In this document: in pieces, positions 36,663 through 46,655 of the stretch
How the letters are laid out: every line of letters starts with the position of its first letter
Numbering within the stretch: position 1 is the first letter of the stretch
Source: an uncultured Acidobacteriota bacterium
GTDB taxonomy: Bacteria > Acidobacteriota > Blastocatellia > RBC074
Length of the DNA stretch: 64,000 nt
Assembly (NCBI GenBank): GCA_963796275.1
Contig: CAWCKY010000004.1
Span: 1,216,001 to 1,280,000 of the forward strand
Reading direction: 5' to 3'
Made by a program: the position numbers and the translations under genes
The notes under the pieces: model-generated
The model's input: the letters and a program-made list of their open reading frames with translations, nothing else
The model's database searches: none
What the model was told of the DNA's origin: nothing

Positions 36663-39128
36663 ATGAAACGTCTGGTCATTAATCTGAGCTTGATGGCTAT
36701 AGCTGTGTTCCTGGCGAGCGCAGATGCGCTGATGCAAGGCATCTACCGCCAACAGCTCGGCAATCGAGATACTCTCACGCAAAGTCAAGAACCAACAAAT
36801 GCTCTTCCACAAAGTCACCTTAATCGCAATAAAACGCATAAACTGATCATCAATAAAGATGATCCGGAACAAACTAAAGTCTATAACGAACTGGTCGGGC
36901 GCAACGCCATCAGCAGATCAATCGATTACGGCGGTTTCACACTCGTCGTTGTTGACCAGGATGCCGTGGGCGGACCCGAAGCGCTAAAGAACATGCCGGG
37001 GGTGGTCTGGCGCGACGACTTGAGCCAGATAGCATTCAACGGTTTTGTGGTCGATACGAGCGACCCACAGCCGCTCTCTCAGGAAGTTCCAGTCGATTTG
37101 CGTCAACAAAAAATGGCTGATGCAGTCAAAAGCGGCATCGCCCCCAATTCAGGATTATTCACCGTGCAATTTGTGGGGCCGATCAAGGAAGAATGGCGCG
37201 CGGCTATCGAGAAAACAGGAGCGCGAATTATCACATACATTCCGAATAATGCTTATATCGTCCGCGCCGACAGCCGGGCGGCATTCGGAGTATGGCAATT
37301 GAAAGACCAGCATCCATTTGTGCAATATGTCGGTGACTATGAACCGGCTTTCCGTATGGCGCCCGAGCTGCGCGCCGCTCGCCAACAAGACGGTTCGGCA
37401 TATGTCAATGTTACAGTGCAGTACATCGACGGGCCCGATAGCGCAATGAAGATTGACGCATTGAAACGCAATGCGGTTCAGTTCATCGGCGAAACTCGGG
37501 TGCTGAACTATCACAACGTCTCGGTTATGATCCCGGCCTCGCGATTGACCGAACTTGCCAGCGACGACGATGTCTTTGCCATCGAAGCATACAAAAAGTT
37601 CGCCCGGTTCGATGAAGCGCAGGGCCAGATTGTCGCCGCCAATCTGACGGGAAATTCACCGACAGGACCAGGCTACCTGGCATGGCTCGCCAGCAAAGGA
37701 TTCAATAGCTCGCAGTTCGGGTCCTTCTCAGTCAATGTCGTTGATGATGCCTATTCGCTGACAGGTCACCCCGATCTGCCATCCGGTCGCATCGTGTTTC
37801 ATAACAACCCGACCAATCAAACCGGCCCGCTGAGCGGACACGGCTTCTTGAACGCAAATATCATTGCAGGTTTCAACAGCGGTACGGGATCAGCATTTGA
37901 AGATTCGAGGGGGTTTAACTACGGTTTGGGTATCGCACCTTGGGCGCGCGTCGGCGCAACCGCAATCTTCGGCCCGGTCGTAGCGGACCCGTCCGCATGG
38001 GAAAGCACGGCTTATGGACGGGGTGCGCGTATCTCTTCGTTATCCGTTGGTCTGGCTGACCCCGTCACGGGAGGCCCACTCGCACGCTACGAGGCAACAG
38101 CGCAGTTATATGACAGCATCGTGCGCGATGCACGGAGCGGCGTAGCCGGGCTGCAACAATTGACAGTCGTCTTCGCAGCCGGCAATTTCGGCACAGGATC
38201 GAACACCGTCGCCTCTCCCGCGACAGCCAAGAACGTCATCAGCGTCGGAGCGAGCGAGAACGTCCGTCAAACCATCGCGACTGATGGCTGTGGCATCACC
38301 AATAGCGGGGCCGATAGCGCCAACGATATGGCCGGATTTTCAAGCCGGGGACCCGTCAATGCTGCCGGCGGCGATGGCCGGGTCAAACCCGATATCGTTG
38401 CTCCCGGAACTCGTATTCAAGCCGGCGTTCCACAATCCAACTATGATGGAAGCGGACTCTGCGGCGGTCAATTCTTCCCGCCGGGACAGACTCTCTATAG
38501 CTGGAATTCAGGTACTTCGCACGCGACTCCGGCCGTTTCAGGGGGAGCAGCTCTGGTCTACCAGGACTTCCTCAACAAGGGTCTGGGAGCACCCACTCCA
38601 GCCATGGTCAAAGCGTTCCTCATGAACTCCGCATCCTATCTAACCGGCACCGGTGCGGGCGGCAATCTGCCCTCCAACAGCCAGGGGATGGGACGGATGA
38701 ATCTTGGCCGCGCATTCGACGGCGCTAACCGAATCCTCGTCAATCAAACGCAACTATTAAACACGACCGGACAGGTCTATCAGATCAGCGGCCGCATATG
38801 CTCAAGCACGCAGCCATTCCGCGTCACGCTGGCGTGGACTGACGCGCCCGGCCCGATTACAGGGGCCCCATGGGTCAATAACCTCGATCTCGTGGTAACG
38901 ATCGGCGGACAGACCTACAGAGGCAACGTATTCTCGGGGGGCAACTCAACGACCGGCGGAGCAGCCGATGTCAGGAACAATGTCGAGTCGGTCTTCCTTC
39001 CTCCTGGGGTATCGGGCAACTTCACCATCACAGTGAGGGCGACCAATCTCGCCGGCGACGGCGTACCAGGCAACAACAACACGACCGATCAAGACTTCGC
39101 GCTCGTCATCTATAACGGGAGAAGATAG
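36663..39128 (+). CDS. S8 subtilase (KP-43-like), secreted
   Basis: FAAGN, SPATAKNVISVGA, KPDIVAPG, SGTSHATP, VTLAWTD, NNVE. Confidence 0.9.
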   Translation: MKRLVINLSLMAIAVFLASADALMQGIYRQQLGNRDTLTQSQEPTNALPQSHLNRNKTHKLIINKDDPEQTKVYNELVGRNAISRSIDYGGFTLVVVDQDAVGGPEALKNMPGVVWRDDLSQIAFNGFVVDTSDPQPLSQEVPVDLRQQKMADAVKSGIAPNSGLFTVQFVGPIKEEWRAAIEKTGARIITYIPNNAYIVRADSRAAFGVWQLKDQHPFVQYVGDYEPAFRMAPELRAARQQDGSAYVNVTVQYIDGPDSAMKIDALKRNAVQFIGETRVLNYHNVSVMIPASRLTELASDDDVFAIEAYKKFARFDEAQGQIVAANLTGNSPTGPGYLAWLASKGFNSSQFGSFSVNVVDDAYSLTGHPDLPSGRIVFHNNPTNQTGPLSGHGFLNANIIAGFNSGTGSAFEDSRGFNYGLGIAPWARVGATAIFGPVVADPSAWESTAYGRGARISSLSVGLADPVTGGPLARYEATAQLYDSIVRDARSGVAGLQQLTVVFAAGNFGTGSNTVASPATAKNVISVGASENVRQTIATDGCGITNSGADSANDMAGFSSRGPVNAAGGDGRVKPDIVAPGTRIQAGVPQSNYDGSGLCGGQFFPPGQTLYSWNSGTSHATPAVSGGAALVYQDFLNKGLGAPTPAMVKAFLMNSASYLTGTGAGGNLPSNSQGMGRMNLGRAFDGANRILVNQTQLLNTTGQVYQISGRICSSTQPFRVTLAWTDAPGPITGAPWVNNLDLVVTIGGQTYRGNVFSGGNSTTGGAADVRNNVESVFLPPGVSGNFTITVRATNLAGDGVPGNNNTTDQDFALVIYNGRR

Positions 39129-39132
39129 ACCG

Positions 39133-39246
39133 AGCATCGGGGCATCGGGCGATGGAGCATCGGGGCAACAGGTATGGAAGTTAAGGCTCACTGCGAATCT
39201 TCGCAATGAGCAATCCATCTCTGTTACCCTGTTGCCCTATCGCTCG
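39133..39246. repeat. Octamer-armed imperfect palindrome
   Basis: GAGCATCG GGGCATCG ... GGGCAACA on the left; CTCTGTTA CCCTGTTG CCCTATCG on the right. Confidence 0.6.
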
Positions 39247-39479
39247 AACTTATAAATTTAATGAATATAATGATAAATATTTATTGCGGATATCTTTGAT
39301 CTCCGCTATTCTCCGCTATTCTCCTTCCTTTTTAGTCTTCTAGATTTAATCGACAGAAAAACTACTGAATCGCGATAACCGTGTCAGACTGAAGTCTGCG
39401 CTGAGCGGGCAAATTCCATTCAGGTCAACCCGTAAACACGCAAGCTCCCCGCTTGCTCTTTCTATCAGGAGCTGAACCT

Positions 39480-42400
39480 ATGAAACGCTCGATCATTTTC
39501 TTGATCCTGCCTGCTATCGTTGTGTTCCTTGCTACTGCCAGCGCGTTGATGCAAGGAAACATTCGCCCATGGCTAGGGGACCGCGAAAGTCTCAACCAAA
39601 ATATCGATGAACCTATCGCTCTTCCACAGAGTCAGCTCAATCAAAGCAGAACTCACAAATTGCTCATCGATAAAGAGGATGCTGCCCTCTACCAGGATCT
39701 CACTCTACGCAATGCAATCGTTAAAGAGGTCGATTACGGCAGCTTCAAACTCGTCATCGTTGACGAAGCCTTGGTCACCGGCGGACGCGAAGCGATGCGT
39801 AACATGCCGGCGGTCTGGCGCGACGACATGAACCAGATTTACTTAAATGGCTATGTGGTCGATACGAGCGACCCACAGCCGCTCGGGCAGGAGCTTCCGG
39901 TCGAGTTGCGCCAGCAAAAAATGGCCGATGCGCTCAAGGGGAGCTATGCTCCTGCCGCGGGTCTTTACACTGTGCAATTTGCCGGGCCGATCAAAGAAGA
40001 ATGGTTTGCAGCGCTAGAGGGAACCGGCGTCGAGGTCGTCTCCTATATTTCGAACAACGCTTATATCGTCCGCGCCGACAACCGGGCAGCATTCGGACTG
40101 TGGCAACTGAAAACCCAGCATCCATTCGTGCAATATCTCGGCGACTACCAACCTGCCTTCCGATTGTCGTCGGAGTTGCGCGCGACTCTCGCACTCGGTA
40201 ATTCGGGATATATCCGGGTGACCGTGCAATTTTTGAACGGCCAGGACGCCCAACCGGCGATCGAGTTTTTGAAAAACAACGCGCTTCAGTTTATTGGCGA
40301 AAGCAGAGTGATGCACTATCACAACGTCTCGGTCACGATTCCGGTTTCGCAATTGGCTGAACTCGCGAGTAATGAAAATGTTATCGGCATCGAACCATAT
40401 GCCGAACGCAGGCGATTGGATGAAGCGCAGGGTCAGATCGTGGCTGGAAATCTGACGGGCAATTCGCCGAGCGCACCGGGCTACCTGACCTGGCTGGGTG
40501 GCAGGGGGTTCAACAGCTCGCAGTTCACGACTTTTTCGGTCAACGTCGCAGATGACGCCTATTCGCTGACGGGCCATCCTGATCTGCCCACCGGCCGCAT
40601 CGCATTCCAGAACAATGCGACCAGTCAGACAGGAGCGCAGGGGGGACATGGATTCCTCAATGCGCATATCGTCGGCGGATTCAATAGCGGAACGGGATCA
40701 GCCTTGGAAGATGCGAACGGTTTCAACTATGGCCTTGGTATTGCCCCCTGGGCACGTGTTGGCGTTACGGCTATCTTCGGCAATGGGGCATCCTCCCCAA
40801 CCTCATGGGAGAATACTGCATATAGTCAGGGCGCACGCATCTCATCCAACTCCTGGGGATTCATCAATCTTTTCCGTTACGACGCCAATGCCCAGGAATT
40901 TGATCGCATTGTACGCGATGCGCAGAGCGGTGCAGCAGGGCTGCAGCAACTGGCGGTCGTCTTTGCGGCGGGCAATGATGGCTCAGGGTCAAACACGGTC
41001 AGCTCTCCCGGCACCGCCAAGAATGTCATTACGGTCGGCGCCAGCGAGAACGTGCGAACGACCGGAAGCGATGGCTGCGGCATCGGCAATACCGGGGCGG
41101 ATAGCGCGAACGACATCATAAGCTTCTCCAGCAGAGGGCCAGTCAACTCCTCTGGTGGTGATGGAAGAGTGAAACCCGACATCGTCGCTCCTGGCACCCA
41201 TATTGAAGCAGGCATTCCGCAATCCAACTACAACGGGAGCAGCGTCTGCAACCAATTCTTCCCGCCAGGCCAGAGTTTGTACGGCTGGTCGTCAGGCACA
41301 TCACACTCAACGCCCGCCGTTGCTGGCGGAGCCGCGCTGGTCTACCAGGACTTCATCAACAAAGGTCTGGGGACGCCCTCCCCTGCCATGGTCAAAGCGG
41401 TACTGATGAACTCTGCGACCTATATGACCGGCACCGGCGCAGGCGGCAACTTGCCTTCGAACAGTCAGGGAATGGGGCGGATGAACCTCGGCCGCACCTT
41501 CGATACCACGCCGCGGATGCTCGTTAACCAGACGCAGCTCTTAACCGCGACCGGGCAGACTTATCAGGCCACCGGCACAGTCGTATCGAGCTCGCAACCA
41601 TTCCGCGTTACGCTGGCGTGGACTGACGCGCCTGGACCGATCACCGGCGCTCCCTGGGTAAATAACCTCGATCTCGAGGTGACGATCGGAGGCCAGACCT
41701 ATCGAGGCAACGTCTTCTCGGGGGCGAACTCAGCTATCGGCGGAACAGCCGATATCCGGAATAATGCCGAGTCGGTCTTCCTTCCAGCCGGAGTATCGGG
41801 CAACTTCACAGCGACAGTGAGGGCGACGAATATCGCCGGGGATGGCGTGCCGGGTAATGGCGATACGACCGATCAGGACTTCGCCCTCGTCGTCTATAAT
41901 GCGAATGCCGGAGGCTCGGCTTCACCGGCCATCGGAGTCAATCCTTCCAGCCTGAGTTTCACCGCGACCGCCGGCGGCGCGAATCCCTCCAACCAGACGA
42001 TCAGCATCATGAATACGGGGGCGGGTACGCTCAATTGGACGGCCACTGAGAACGGAAGCTGGCTAACCATCAACCCGACGAGCGGCACCGCGCCGTCGAC
42101 GATGACGGCATCCGTTAGCATCAGCGGTCTCGCAGCCGGCACATACAACGCGTCGATTACGATCAGCTCCTCCGGAGCGACCAACTCGCCGGTCATCGTG
42201 CCGGTAACGCTTACGGTAAATGCAACAGGTGGAAACGAGTTGATCGTCGACGGCGGATTCGAAGGCACGTCGAATCCGTGGGTCCTGTCCGGCCAGGCAT
42301 TACGTTCGACCGGAGCCTTTCCGCGCAGCGGAATCGGCTATCTCATTTTGAATGGAACGGACAGCTCCAGCGGGTCGGCCTATCAGACGATCGCTATCCC

Positions 42401-42695
42401 GAGCGGAACATCACCCAACCTGACGTTCTGGTTGAATATCACGACGAGTGAAACAACCACGACCACGATATTCGACAGATTCTTCGTGGAAGTGCGCAAC
42501 ACATCGGGTACGTTGCTTGCGACGCTGGCTACGTTCAGCAATTTGAACCGATCGTCGGCATCAGGCGTCTACACGTTGCGTGGAGGATATAATCTGGCGA
42601 GTTTCGCGGGACAAACGGTGAGGATCCAGATCCGCGGGACGACTGATTCATCATTGATCACATCATTCCGCGTGGATGATATATCGGTAAGGTAG
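39480..42695 (+). CDS. S8 subtilase paralog with BACON-like and C-terminal beta-sandwich domains
   Basis: Same motifs as the upstream paralog (SNSWG, SGTSHSTP), plus a PSSLSF...TLNW BACON-like segment and a DGGFE...FRVDDISVR domain. Confidence 0.9.
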   Translation: MKRSIIFLILPAIVVFLATASALMQGNIRPWLGDRESLNQNIDEPIALPQSQLNQSRTHKLLIDKEDAALYQDLTLRNAIVKEVDYGSFKLVIVDEALVTGGREAMRNMPAVWRDDMNQIYLNGYVVDTSDPQPLGQELPVELRQQKMADALKGSYAPAAGLYTVQFAGPIKEEWFAALEGTGVEVVSYISNNAYIVRADNRAAFGLWQLKTQHPFVQYLGDYQPAFRLSSELRATLALGNSGYIRVTVQFLNGQDAQPAIEFLKNNALQFIGESRVMHYHNVSVTIPVSQLAELASNENVIGIEPYAERRRLDEAQGQIVAGNLTGNSPSAPGYLTWLGGRGFNSSQFTTFSVNVADDAYSLTGHPDLPTGRIAFQNNATSQTGAQGGHGFLNAHIVGGFNSGTGSALEDANGFNYGLGIAPWARVGVTAIFGNGASSPTSWENTAYSQGARISSNSWGFINLFRYDANAQEFDRIVRDAQSGAAGLQQLAVVFAAGNDGSGSNTVSSPGTAKNVITVGASENVRTTGSDGCGIGNTGADSANDIISFSSRGPVNSSGGDGRVKPDIVAPGTHIEAGIPQSNYNGSSVCNQFFPPGQSLYGWSSGTSHSTPAVAGGAALVYQDFINKGLGTPSPAMVKAVLMNSATYMTGTGAGGNLPSNSQGMGRMNLGRTFDTTPRMLVNQTQLLTATGQTYQATGTVVSSSQPFRVTLAWTDAPGPITGAPWVNNLDLEVTIGGQTYRGNVFSGANSAIGGTADIRNNAESVFLPAGVSGNFTATVRATNIAGDGVPGNGDTTDQDFALVVYNANAGGSASPAIGVNPSSLSFTATAGGANPSNQTISIMNTGAGTLNWTATENGSWLTINPTSGTAPSTMTASVSISGLAAGTYNASITISSSGATNSPVIVPVTLTVNATGGNELIVDGGFEGTSNPWVLSGQALRSTGAFPRSGIGYLILNGTDSSSGSAYQTIAIPSGTSPNLTFWLNITTSETTTTTIFDRFFVEVRNTSGTLLATLATFSNLNRSSASGVYTLRGGYNLASFAGQTVRIQIRGTTDSSLITSFRVDDISVR

Positions 42696-42762
42696 GTAGT
42701 ATCGGGAAAATGAAAAGGCAAAAAGGGCAAAATTTAGTTTGTTCTTTTTGCCTTTTTGTCCC

Positions 42763-43023
42763 CTAACCTCCGCTCAATGCCTGAAGAATATGCACTTCGT
42801 CCGACGATTGCAGCGGCGCGTCTAAACTCCACACCTGTTCGCCGTTGATGAAGATCCGCATGTGCGGTCGAACATGATCCTGCTCGTCTATCATGCGAAA
42901 TCGGATTCCGGGAAACTGCCGGTTCAGGTCATCGAGCATCTCCGAGACAGTAGTACCTCCCGCATCGACCTCTTTGAGCTGATTCGTGTAAGAGAGCAAA
43001 GGACTGGGAATATTCACTTTCAT
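42763..43023 (-). CDS. MoaD/ThiS ubiquitin-like protein
   Basis: 86 aa, IFING, C-terminal ALSGG. Confidence 0.9.
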   Translation of the reverse strand: MKVNIPSPLLSYTNQLKEVDAGGTTVSEMLDDLNRQFPGIRFRMIDEQDHVRPHMRIFINGEQVWSLDAPLQSSDEVHILQALSGG

Positions 43024-44171
43024 TTTCCAAGTTCAGCGGCCTCCACCGCATAGATCTGCGGGAGATGGCGAGCTATGCAGCCCCACTTCTCGCCTTCATT
43101 CGTGCTCGCCCAGACCTCTCCACACGTTGTTCCAAAGTAGATTCCCACGGGCTCATGAGCATCGGCTGTCATCGCCTGGCGGAAGACCGTGAACCAGGAC
43201 TCGCCGGCCGGTAGACCGTTGTCCTGGCGCTGCCACTTCTTGCCAGAATTTCGCGTAACGTAAGCCGCCGGCTTCCCTCCCGGACTCGTGCGCGGCCAGA
43301 CCTGCGTACCATCCATCGGAAAGACCCAAACCGTTTTCGGGTCGCGCGGATGCAGGACGATCGGGAACCCGATATCGCCTACAGCTTTCGGCATCTTTTC
43401 GCCGATCCGTTCCCAACGCCCTTCGGCGCGATCCATGCGATAGATGCCACAATGATTCTGCTGATACAAAACGTCCGGCTCAAGCGGGTGCAATCGCATG
43501 CAATGCGGATCGTGGCCGTATTCGGTATCGGGCGTCGGCAAAAAGTCCGCCTGACAACCGGCGTTGAGCGGTCTCCAATCAGCGCCTCTGTTCGTGCTTT
43601 CAAATACTCCGCCGCTCGACATGCCGATATAGATGTGTTCCGGATCGCGCGGATCGATATTGATCGAGTGCATCTTCGGCCCGTCAGGAGTGCCATCCTG
43701 CTCTCCTCCCGTCCAGGCGCCCCGCATCGGATGGTCGTTAAATCCGTTCACCGACTCCCAGCTATCTCCACCGTCCTCTGTCCGAAATAATCCTTGTGGA
43801 GATGTTCCCGCGTACCAGACTTTCGGTTCGCGCGCATGCCCCGGCGTGAGCCAGAAAACGTGATCCACTACACGCCCCTTCTCTCCCTCCGGCGCTTTGG
43901 CAAACGCGGGCGGTTTTGCCGCCTCCTTCCATGTTTTTCCGAGATTGGTGGAACGAAACACAGTCGGCCCTAGATGACCCGTTTTGGCCGCCATCAGCAT
44001 CGTGCGCCGGTCACGCGTATCGAGGACGACATGATGAATCATGTTTCCGAGAAAAATCGGACTGCTGACCTCCCAATTGCGCCGTTTGGTGTCAGACTTA
44101 AGTATGAATGCGCCCTTCTTGCTGGCTATGAGTAAGGCAACTACCCCAGTTTCGGGCCCGGTCAATGACAT
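43020..44171 (-). CDS. BNR/sialidase-like beta-propeller protein
   Basis: Repeated S-x-D/N-x-G-x-x-W Asp-box motifs; HDPHC, QQNHCG. Confidence 0.85.
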   Translation of the reverse strand: MSLTGPETGVVALLIASKKGAFILKSDTKRRNWEVSSPIFLGNMIHHVVLDTRDRRTMLMAAKTGHLGPTVFRSTNLGKTWKEAAKPPAFAKAPEGEKGRVVDHVFWLTPGHAREPKVWYAGTSPQGLFRTEDGGDSWESVNGFNDHPMRGAWTGGEQDGTPDGPKMHSINIDPRDPEHIYIGMSSGGVFESTNRGADWRPLNAGCQADFLPTPDTEYGHDPHCMRLHPLEPDVLYQQNHCGIYRMDRAEGRWERIGEKMPKAVGDIGFPIVLHPRDPKTVWVFPMDGTQVWPRTSPGGKPAAYVTRNSGKKWQRQDNGLPAGESWFTVFRQAMTADAHEPVGIYFGTTCGEVWASTNEGEKWGCIARHLPQIYAVEAAELGK

Positions 44172-44393
44172 AACATACTCCTTTTATTGATATATTCATT
44201 GATTGATTGCTATCCCTGAAAGGCTGTTTTGCGAAAGGCTGTTTTGCATTGTGACTTTCATGGCCGGCAGTATAACACAAGCGACGGCGTTTCGGATATG
44301 AAATTCATAAGTATTGCGCAAATGAGAATAAGTAATTTGATTGGCGCGGAAAAGCTGCTGGTAAAGTCGCAGGAGAGGTGGAATGGGAAACAG

Positions 44394-44597
44394 TTATTTT
44401 GCCGAGGCTGCAATGAGCATCAATCCGGCGAGCAGTCCGATGAGGAATAACCCCCACAGAGTAGTCATTCCCGGGCCCTGAGCGAGGCTGTCGTTTTTTC
44501 CGATCGCGCGGATGAAGAGCGCAACGCCGGAAGCACCGCCCAAAAGAAGCAACCCGATGCCAACCCAATAAAGGACAAAAGCGACAGTAGTATTCAT
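44394..44597 (-). CDS. Small two-TM membrane protein
   Basis: AGGAG RBS and two hydrophobic segments. Confidence 0.6.
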   Translation of the reverse strand: MNTTVAFVLYWVGIGLLLLGGASGVALFIRAIGKNDSLAQGPGMTTLWGLFLIGLLAGLMLIAASAK

Positions 44598-44894
44598 CGA
44601 ATCTCCTGTGGAAATAGTGGGTAGCAGGCAGTGGCCGAGGGCTAAATATTCGGCAACGATCTCAAATAATTATCAATAAACCGCTACACACTTTGGTTTG
44701 TTTACGGGTGCCGTCGAGAGACAAGGACGCCCATTTATTTTGTTTGATGTAGACACAAAGGGCCAAAGTAGCAAAGGGACAAAGTCGCTTAATTTGTCTG
44801 CCTTGACCCTTTGATTCTTTGACCCCTAGTATTGAACCCGTTAAATAATCGGCTGTTTTTGTGAACCTTGCAAAAAAATTTAAGCCCTTCTCTT

Positions 44895-45512
44895 TCAGCT
44901 CTGATGCTCAGGATGCGTGCAGCCTTTAAACTCTTTCAGGTAGGTGTTGCCTTTATATTGCAGTTCCTTTTTGATGCCGATCTCGGACGTGTAGTACCCG
45001 TCGATAGTCATGTTCTTAATCGCCCTGAAGAAACGCTCTTCCAACGTCTGAGGTTTCATCTCGTTTTTGCTGATCTCGGTCAGCATGGCGATCTGCTGTT
45101 CATTGGACGCCTTGTTGAACGAAAGCTGGTATTTCTCGTTACTGAGCTTATCCATCGCAGCGAGACCGTTAGTCCAGAGATTTTTCGTTTCGGCCGGGGA
45201 CTCGCTCACCATTAGGTCGGTGAATTCGGGTACTTCGGCGGCTACGGCACCCGGAGAATGATCGTCGGTTGGAATGATCAGATCGGAGATTGTGGCAATC
45301 ATGGCCATCTGCTCTGGTTTGAAGAATTTCGCCTTTGTTGCGGATTGCTTCTTCTGCGCAGACTTGGCGGATGTCTGAGCGTGGCCTTCATGCCCGCTTT
45401 CTCCCTTCTGTGCGAGGACGTTGGTATTAAGCACCGGGAGACTTGTGCCCAATCCTACGGCGATCCCCTTCAAGGCGTCGCGGCGAGAAACATTGTTATT
45501 ATCTTCTGACAT
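44895..45512 (-). CDS. Gluconate 2-dehydrogenase subunit 3 family protein (Tat)
   Basis: SRRDALK Tat motif, IIPTDDHSPGA, GYYTSEIG. Confidence 0.88.
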   Translation of the reverse strand: MSEDNNNVSRRDALKGIAVGLGTSLPVLNTNVLAQKGESGHEGHAQTSAKSAQKKQSATKAKFFKPEQMAMIATISDLIIPTDDHSPGAVAAEVPEFTDLMVSESPAETKNLWTNGLAAMDKLSNEKYQLSFNKASNEQQIAMLTEISKNEMKPQTLEERFFRAIKNMTIDGYYTSEIGIKKELQYKGNTYLKEFKGCTHPEHQS

Positions 45513-45543
45513 GATTTTGCCTCACTCTGATTTAAATTCGGTC

Positions 45544-46365
45544 TTACTGGTTAGGTTTATCCTTCTTTTCAAGCTTTTCCGGCTCTTGTTTTTCCTGGCC
45601 TTTGTCTGACGGGCCTTTATTTTTCTTTGACGAACCTTTCTTCTTCAGATCTTCTTTCTTCTCTTCCTTCTTCGGTTCATCCTTCTTCACCTCGTGCTCA
45701 TCATGATGATGCTCTTCAGCTTTTGCCTCACCAGTCTTCAGCTCTCCCTTTTTCTCCTTATCATCCTCACCTTTTTTGCCGGAGTTATCATGATCGCTTT
45801 TGTTTTCGTCGTGATGATGCTTCTCATCTTCTACTTTTGCGTCTTTAGCCGCCTTCTCGTCCTTTTCTACTTTTGCGTCTTTAGCGGCCTTCTCGTCCTT
45901 TTCTACTTTTGCGTCCTTAGCGGCCTTCTCGTCCTTTTCTACTTTTGCGTCCTTAACGGTGTTCTCGTCTACATGCTCATCCTTAGCGGGTTTCTCGTCA
46001 GCGGATTTCTCGTCTTTTGCAGCTGTATTCGCGTCCTTGGCTTCGGTCTCGGTCTTTTCATCTGTTTTAGGTTTCTCGTCCGCAACTACATCTTTCTTTT
46101 CGCCCTCTTTGTACTCGGCCAGCCACGCGACGTCAATAGCATCTGCGCTGCGTCGCTCTTTTTCCTTAATCAGCCAATTCCCACGATCGTTCCAGCCTTC
46201 ACCGCCGGTGGGTTGTGTGTGACAGAACGTGCAATTTTTCGCCCCGAACTTCGCCGACTGGCGCAGATAGGCGGGATACGCCTTCGTCTTGATCGACGCT
46301 CCCAGCAACCCGCCCAACAATAGAATTGCAATCGAAACTTTGATCAGGTCTTTATATTTAGCCAT
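45544..46365 (-). CDS. Monoheme c-type cytochrome with a long charged repeat tail
   Basis: Signal peptide, CTFCH, then K/D/E-rich repeats and HHH tracts. Confidence 0.75.
   Translation of the reverse strand: MAKYKDLIKVSIAILLLGGLLGASIKTKAYPAYLRQSAKFGAKNCTFCHTQPTGGEGWNDRGNWLIKEKERRSADAIDVAWLAEYKEGEKKDVVADEKPKTDEKTETEAKDANTAAKDEKSADEKPAKDEHVDENTVKDAKVEKDEKAAKDAKVEKDEKAAKDAKVEKDEKAAKDAKVEDEKHHHDENKSDHDNSGKKGEDDKEKKGELKTGEAKAEEHHHDEHEVKKDEPKKEEKKEDLKKKGSSKKNKGPSDKGQEKQEPEKLEKKDKPNQ
45829..45954. repeat. 36-bp coding tandem repeat (KDAKVEKDEKAA), about 3.5 copies
   Basis: TTCTACTTTTGCGTC(T/C)TTAGC(C/G)GCCTTCTCGTCCTT repeated. Confidence 0.9.
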
Positions 46366-46403
46366 TCGAATAAATTTCCCTCGGTTTATATTTGCCGTTT
46401 ATC

Positions 46404-46655
46404 TTACTCGTCGCGCGCCAGAAGCCTGCGGAAAAGTTGGCGACGACCAGGGTCCTGCGGCGCGAGCAGCACCTGTGAAAAGCATTGCGCAGCGACTCGC
46501 TGCAGATCATCAAGCCATTCTTGTCCGATGAGATGGAACCTCCCCTCCTCAGGCTCGAGCTTGCGATCCGGGAATTGATACTCCCACTCAACGAATACGG
46601 CATCGCGCCAGAATTCGTTACGTCCAATGATCTCGACCCGAATGCGGCGTTCCAT
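46404..46655 (-). CDS. Hypothetical protein
   Basis: 83-aa ORF in the same orientation as the cytochrome; TATAAT just upstream. Confidence 0.5.
   Translation of the reverse strand: MERRIRVEIIGRNEFWRDAVFVEWEYQFPDRKLEPEEGRFHLIGQEWLDDLQRVAAQCFSQVLLAPQDPGRRQLFRRLLARDE

Noticed and set aside
44221-44248. Short perfect duplications (AAGGCTGTTTTGCGA here; CTCCGCTATT at about 39301)
   Set aside because: Two copies only, consistent with simple slippage.
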